The translations under genes and the position numbers were made by a program. DNA of 24,000 nt. Origin: Sinomonas atrocyanea (GTDB taxonomy: Bacteria; Actinomycetota; Actinomycetes; Actinomycetales; Micrococcaceae). The notes below the pieces were generated by a model. The model was not told where the DNA came from and ran no database searches. It saw only the letters and a list, made by a program, of their open reading frames with translations. How positions within the stretch are numbered: position 1 is the stretch's first letter; every line of letters starts with the position of its first letter. Below, in pieces: positions 21,299 through 24,000 of the stretch. Location of the stretch: the NCBI RefSeq assembly GCF_001577305.1, contig NZ_CP014518.1, positions 135,365 to 159,364 of the forward strand, given 5' to 3'.

Positions 21299-22939
21299 AT
21301 GGAGGAGCTGGCTGCCCCGTTCGACCTCATCGTCGTAGGCGGGGGCATCAACGGGCTCGGAATCGCCCGCGACGCCGCGGTGCGCGGCCTGCGGGTGATC
21401 CTGCTGGAGCAGGACGACCTGTGCAGCGGGGTGTCGGCCTGGTCGGGCCGCCTCGTCCACGGTGGCCTCCGCTACCTCGAGCATCGCGACTTCCCCCTCG
21501 TGCGGGAGTCGCTGCGCGAACGCGAACGGCTCTTCCGCCTTGCCCCGCACCTCGTGAAGCCGCTGCGCCTCCTCATGCCAATGTACTCCCACAGCAGGCG
21601 TCCGGCGTGGCTGATCCGGGTGGGGATGTACCTCTACGACGCGCTCTCGTTCGACAAGAAGACCGAGGGCCATGAGGTCCTCAGTGCCGAGGCGACACGC
21701 AGGCGGTTCCCCGGCATCGCCGACGACGGCCTCCGGGGCGCGGTCGTGTTCACCGACGGGCAGGTCGAGTACGCCGAGCGGCTGTGCGCCGAGGTGGCCG
21801 TCGCCGCGGCCGGCGCCGGGGCCGTGATCCGGACCAAGGCCCGGGTGGAGGAGCCCGTCATGAAGGCCGGGCGGGTGGCGGGCGTCCGGTTCCGCGACAT
21901 GCTCACGGGAGAGATGCACGAGGCCCTCGCGCCGGTCGTCTTCAACGTCGCCGGTCCGTGGATCGACCGCATCTTCCGGCGCGGGGCGCCCGAGCAGCCA
22001 CGGCTCAACGGCGGGACGAAGGGGAGCCACCTCGTGGTGGACCCGTTCCCCGGGGCGCCCTCCGACGTGGTCTACTACGAGTCCAAGACCGACGGCCGCC
22101 TGGTCCTCGTGATCCCCTGGATGGGCCGCTACCTGATCGGCACCACCGACCTCCGCTTCGACGCCGATCCGGGCGAGGCCAGGTGCGACGCCGACGAGAT
22201 GGCGTACCTGCTCGGCGAGGTGAACGAGCTGATCCCCGAGGCGCACCTGACGCCGGACGACGTGCTGTTCACCTACTCCGGGGTCCGGCCGCTGCCGTAC
22301 GCCCCGGGGGTGCCCGAGTGGCGGGTGCCGCGCAGCCATATCCTCCACGACCACGCCCCCGACCTCCCCGGCCTGGTGACCGTGGTCGGCGGGAAGCTGA
22401 CGACGTATCGCCAGCTCGCCCAGGACGCGGTCGACGACGTGTTCAAGCGGCTGGGCCGCAAGAGCCCCGCCTGCGTCACGGCCAACCTCCCGCTGCCCGG
22501 GGCCGCGGGGAACCTCGAGGAGGCCCGAGGGCACCTCCTGGCCGGTGGCCTGCCGGCGGCGACCGCAGACCGGCTCGTGGCCCTCTACGGAAGCCGGGCA
22601 CTCGACGTCGTCCGCGAGGCCGAGGGCGACAGCAGCCTCCTCGCCGTGCTGGACCCGGGAACGGGAGCCATCGCCGCCGAGCTGGTGTTCGCCGTGCGGC
22701 ACGAGTTCGCCAAGACGCTCACCGACGTCCTGGCCCGGCGCATGCTCCTCGCCTTCGAACCCGACCACGGGGTCCCGGCCGTCCAGGAGGCCGCCGCCAT
22801 CCTGGCCTCGCAGCTCGGCTGGGACGCGGAAAGGAAGGCCAGCGAGATCGCCGCGTACTTCGACTGGCTGTCCCGCCTCGCCGTTCCCGGCCGCGCCGGA
22901 GCGCAGGCGGACAGCGCCCTGGGGGGACCGGTCCGGTGA
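21299..22939 (+). CDS. FAD-dependent glycerol-3-phosphate dehydrogenase family protein (GlpD-like)
   Basis: 546 aa. N-terminal dinucleotide fold FDLIVVGGGINGLGIARDAAVRGLRVILLEQDD...GRLVHGGLRYLEH is collinear with GlpD. RBS GGAAGGA. Confidence 0.9.
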   Translation: MEELAAPFDLIVVGGGINGLGIARDAAVRGLRVILLEQDDLCSGVSAWSGRLVHGGLRYLEHRDFPLVRESLRERERLFRLAPHLVKPLRLLMPMYSHSRRPAWLIRVGMYLYDALSFDKKTEGHEVLSAEATRRRFPGIADDGLRGAVVFTDGQVEYAERLCAEVAVAAAGAGAVIRTKARVEEPVMKAGRVAGVRFRDMLTGEMHEALAPVVFNVAGPWIDRIFRRGAPEQPRLNGGTKGSHLVVDPFPGAPSDVVYYESKTDGRLVLVIPWMGRYLIGTTDLRFDADPGEARCDADEMAYLLGEVNELIPEAHLTPDDVLFTYSGVRPLPYAPGVPEWRVPRSHILHDHAPDLPGLVTVVGGKLTTYRQLAQDAVDDVFKRLGRKSPACVTANLPLPGAAGNLEEARGHLLAGGLPAATADRLVALYGSRALDVVREAEGDSSLLAVLDPGTGAIAAELVFAVRHEFAKTLTDVLARRMLLAFEPDHGVPAVQEAAAILASQLGWDAERKASEIAAYFDWLSRLAVPGRAGAQADSALGGPVR

Positions 22940-24000
22940 CTGCGCGGTACGTCCTCGCGCTGGACGAGGGCTCCACGAGCGCCAGGGCAGTCCTGGTCAG
23001 CCTCGAGGGCGAGATCGTCGCCGAGGCACGCAATCCGGTGGTCCCGACGTTCCCGCGGCCCCGCTGGGTGGAGCTCGATCCGATGGCCCTCTGGGAGACC
23101 CAGCGCCGGAGCATGCAGGCGGCCATGGCCAAGGTCGGCGCGACCACGGACGATCTCGCGGCGGTGGGGATCACCACCCACCGCGAGACGTGCCTGGTCT
23201 GGGACAGGCGCACCGGCGAACCTGTCCACCCGGCCCTGATGTGGATGTCGAAGCAGACCGACGCGATCATCGACGGCTGGCGCCTGGACGGCCTGGACGC
23301 CGAGTTCAGGAGCAGGACGGGCCTCTTCAACGACTCCTTCTTCAGCGCGGCGAAGCTCGCCTGGATCCTGGAGAACGTCCCGGGTGCGCGCGCCCGCGCG
23401 GAGCGGGGCGAGCTCGCGGCCGGCACCGTGGACACGTGGCTCCTCTGGCAGCTCACCGGCGGCAGATCGCACTTCACGGACCACAGCGAGGCGTCCCGGA
23501 CGGCCCTCTTCTCGCTCGACGCGCTCGACTGGGACGAGAAGCTCGCCGAAGCGTGCGGCATCCCGCTGCGCCTGCTGCCCCCGGCCCTCGCCTCAGACTC
23601 GCACTTCGGCGAGATGCGGCCGCAGGACGTGGGGCTGCCGGGGACCGCCTCGGTCCCCATCATGGCCATCATGGCCGACCAGCAGGCGGGGATGTTCGGG
23701 CAGGCCTGCTTCGAGTCCGGCTCGGTCAAGAACACCTACGGCACGGCGGGCGTGCTCACCGCCAACACCGGCTCCACGCCGGTCGTCGTGGACGGGCTGA
23801 CGGCCAGCGTCGGCTGGACGGTGGCCGGCACCACGGCGTACGAGCTCGAGGGCGTCGTGTTCCACTGCGGCCAGACGCTCCAGTGGATGCGCGAGCGCCT
23901 CGGGGTGCTCAAGCCCGAGGAGCAGATCGAGGAGGTCGCCTCGCGCGTGCCGGACACGGGCGGCGTCTACGTGGTGCCCGCCTTCGCCGGGCTGTGCGCG
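22936..24000 (+). CDS. Glycerol-kinase-like FGGY kinase, 3'-partial (runs off window)
   Basis: Not in the supplied track. I translated frame 1 from GTG 22936, which overlaps the GlpD-like stop (GTGA): VTARYVLALDEGSTSARAVLV...ITTHRETCLVWD...MADQQAGMFGQACFESGSVKNTYGTAGV...GGVYVVPAFAGL. All 355 codons to position 24000 are open. Confidence 0.85.
   Translation, partial: MTARYVLALDEGSTSARAVLVSLEGEIVAEARNPVVPTFPRPRWVELDPMALWETQRRSMQAAMAKVGATTDDLAAVGITTHRETCLVWDRRTGEPVHPALMWMSKQTDAIIDGWRLDGLDAEFRSRTGLFNDSFFSAAKLAWILENVPGARARAERGELAAGTVDTWLLWQLTGGRSHFTDHSEASRTALFSLDALDWDEKLAEACGIPLRLLPPALASDSHFGEMRPQDVGLPGTASVPIMAIMADQQAGMFGQACFESGSVKNTYGTAGVLTANTGSTPVVVDGLTASVGWTVAGTTAYELEGVVFHCGQTLQWMRERLGVLKPEEQIEEVASRVPDTGGVYVVPAFAGLCA

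Noticed and set aside
17807-22768. Alternative-frame and antisense ORFs over the epoxide hydrolase, BKACE, SorC and GlpD-like genes (for example 18752-20056, 19003-20223, 20270-21271, 21263-22768)
   Set aside because: Same high-GC artefact. None has motifs or a credible RBS, and each fully overlaps a well-supported gene.

Overview
High-GC (about 70 percent by eye, not computed), densely coding, actinobacterial-type chromosomal segment. I found no rRNA, tRNA, CRISPR array, transposase or integrase.

Gene content, left to right:
- (1) The tail of a plus-strand sugar operon: a CUT2 ABC permease, a glycerol-1-phosphate-dehydrogenase-like (AraM family) oxidoreductase, an FGGY kinase and a HAD-IIA phosphatase.
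- (2) A plus-strand operon with its own promoter: acetoin/2-oxoacid dehydrogenase-like E1 alpha and E1 beta, an 80-aa stand-alone lipoyl domain, a class II ketose-bisphosphate aldolase, and a 222-aa E2 acyltransferase core. The E2 is split at its domain boundaries around the aldolase. It has no recognisable peripheral-subunit-binding segment, and no E3 is in the window.
- (3) A minus-strand ascorbate-type PTS EIIC. Its upstream EIIB is 5'-truncated (catalytic Cys lost) and abuts, head to head, the 3' half of a second, inverted EIIB paralogue.
- (4) A minus-strand operon: lipoprotein SBP, permease, duplicated ATPase and permease (CUT2 ABC), followed by pepD.
- (5) On the minus strand: a SorC-family regulator, then a BKACE (DUF849) enzyme and a microsomal-type epoxide hydrolase.
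- (6) Divergent from sorC: a GlpD-like FAD dehydrogenase and a GlpK-like kinase. The kinase has a GTG start, is absent from the ORF track, and runs off the window.

Most notable:
- The deconstructed E2/aldolase operon.
- Four promoter regions (E1 operon, ABC operon, BKACE operon, glpD-like operon) that each carry two RAAT-N4-ATKC quasi-palindromes exactly 19 nt apart, downstream of a CCCTTGACAC-like -35 box. This suggests one regulator ties most of the window into a single, functionally unassigned catabolic regulon.

The many long antisense or off-frame ORFs in the track are high-GC shadow ORFs.
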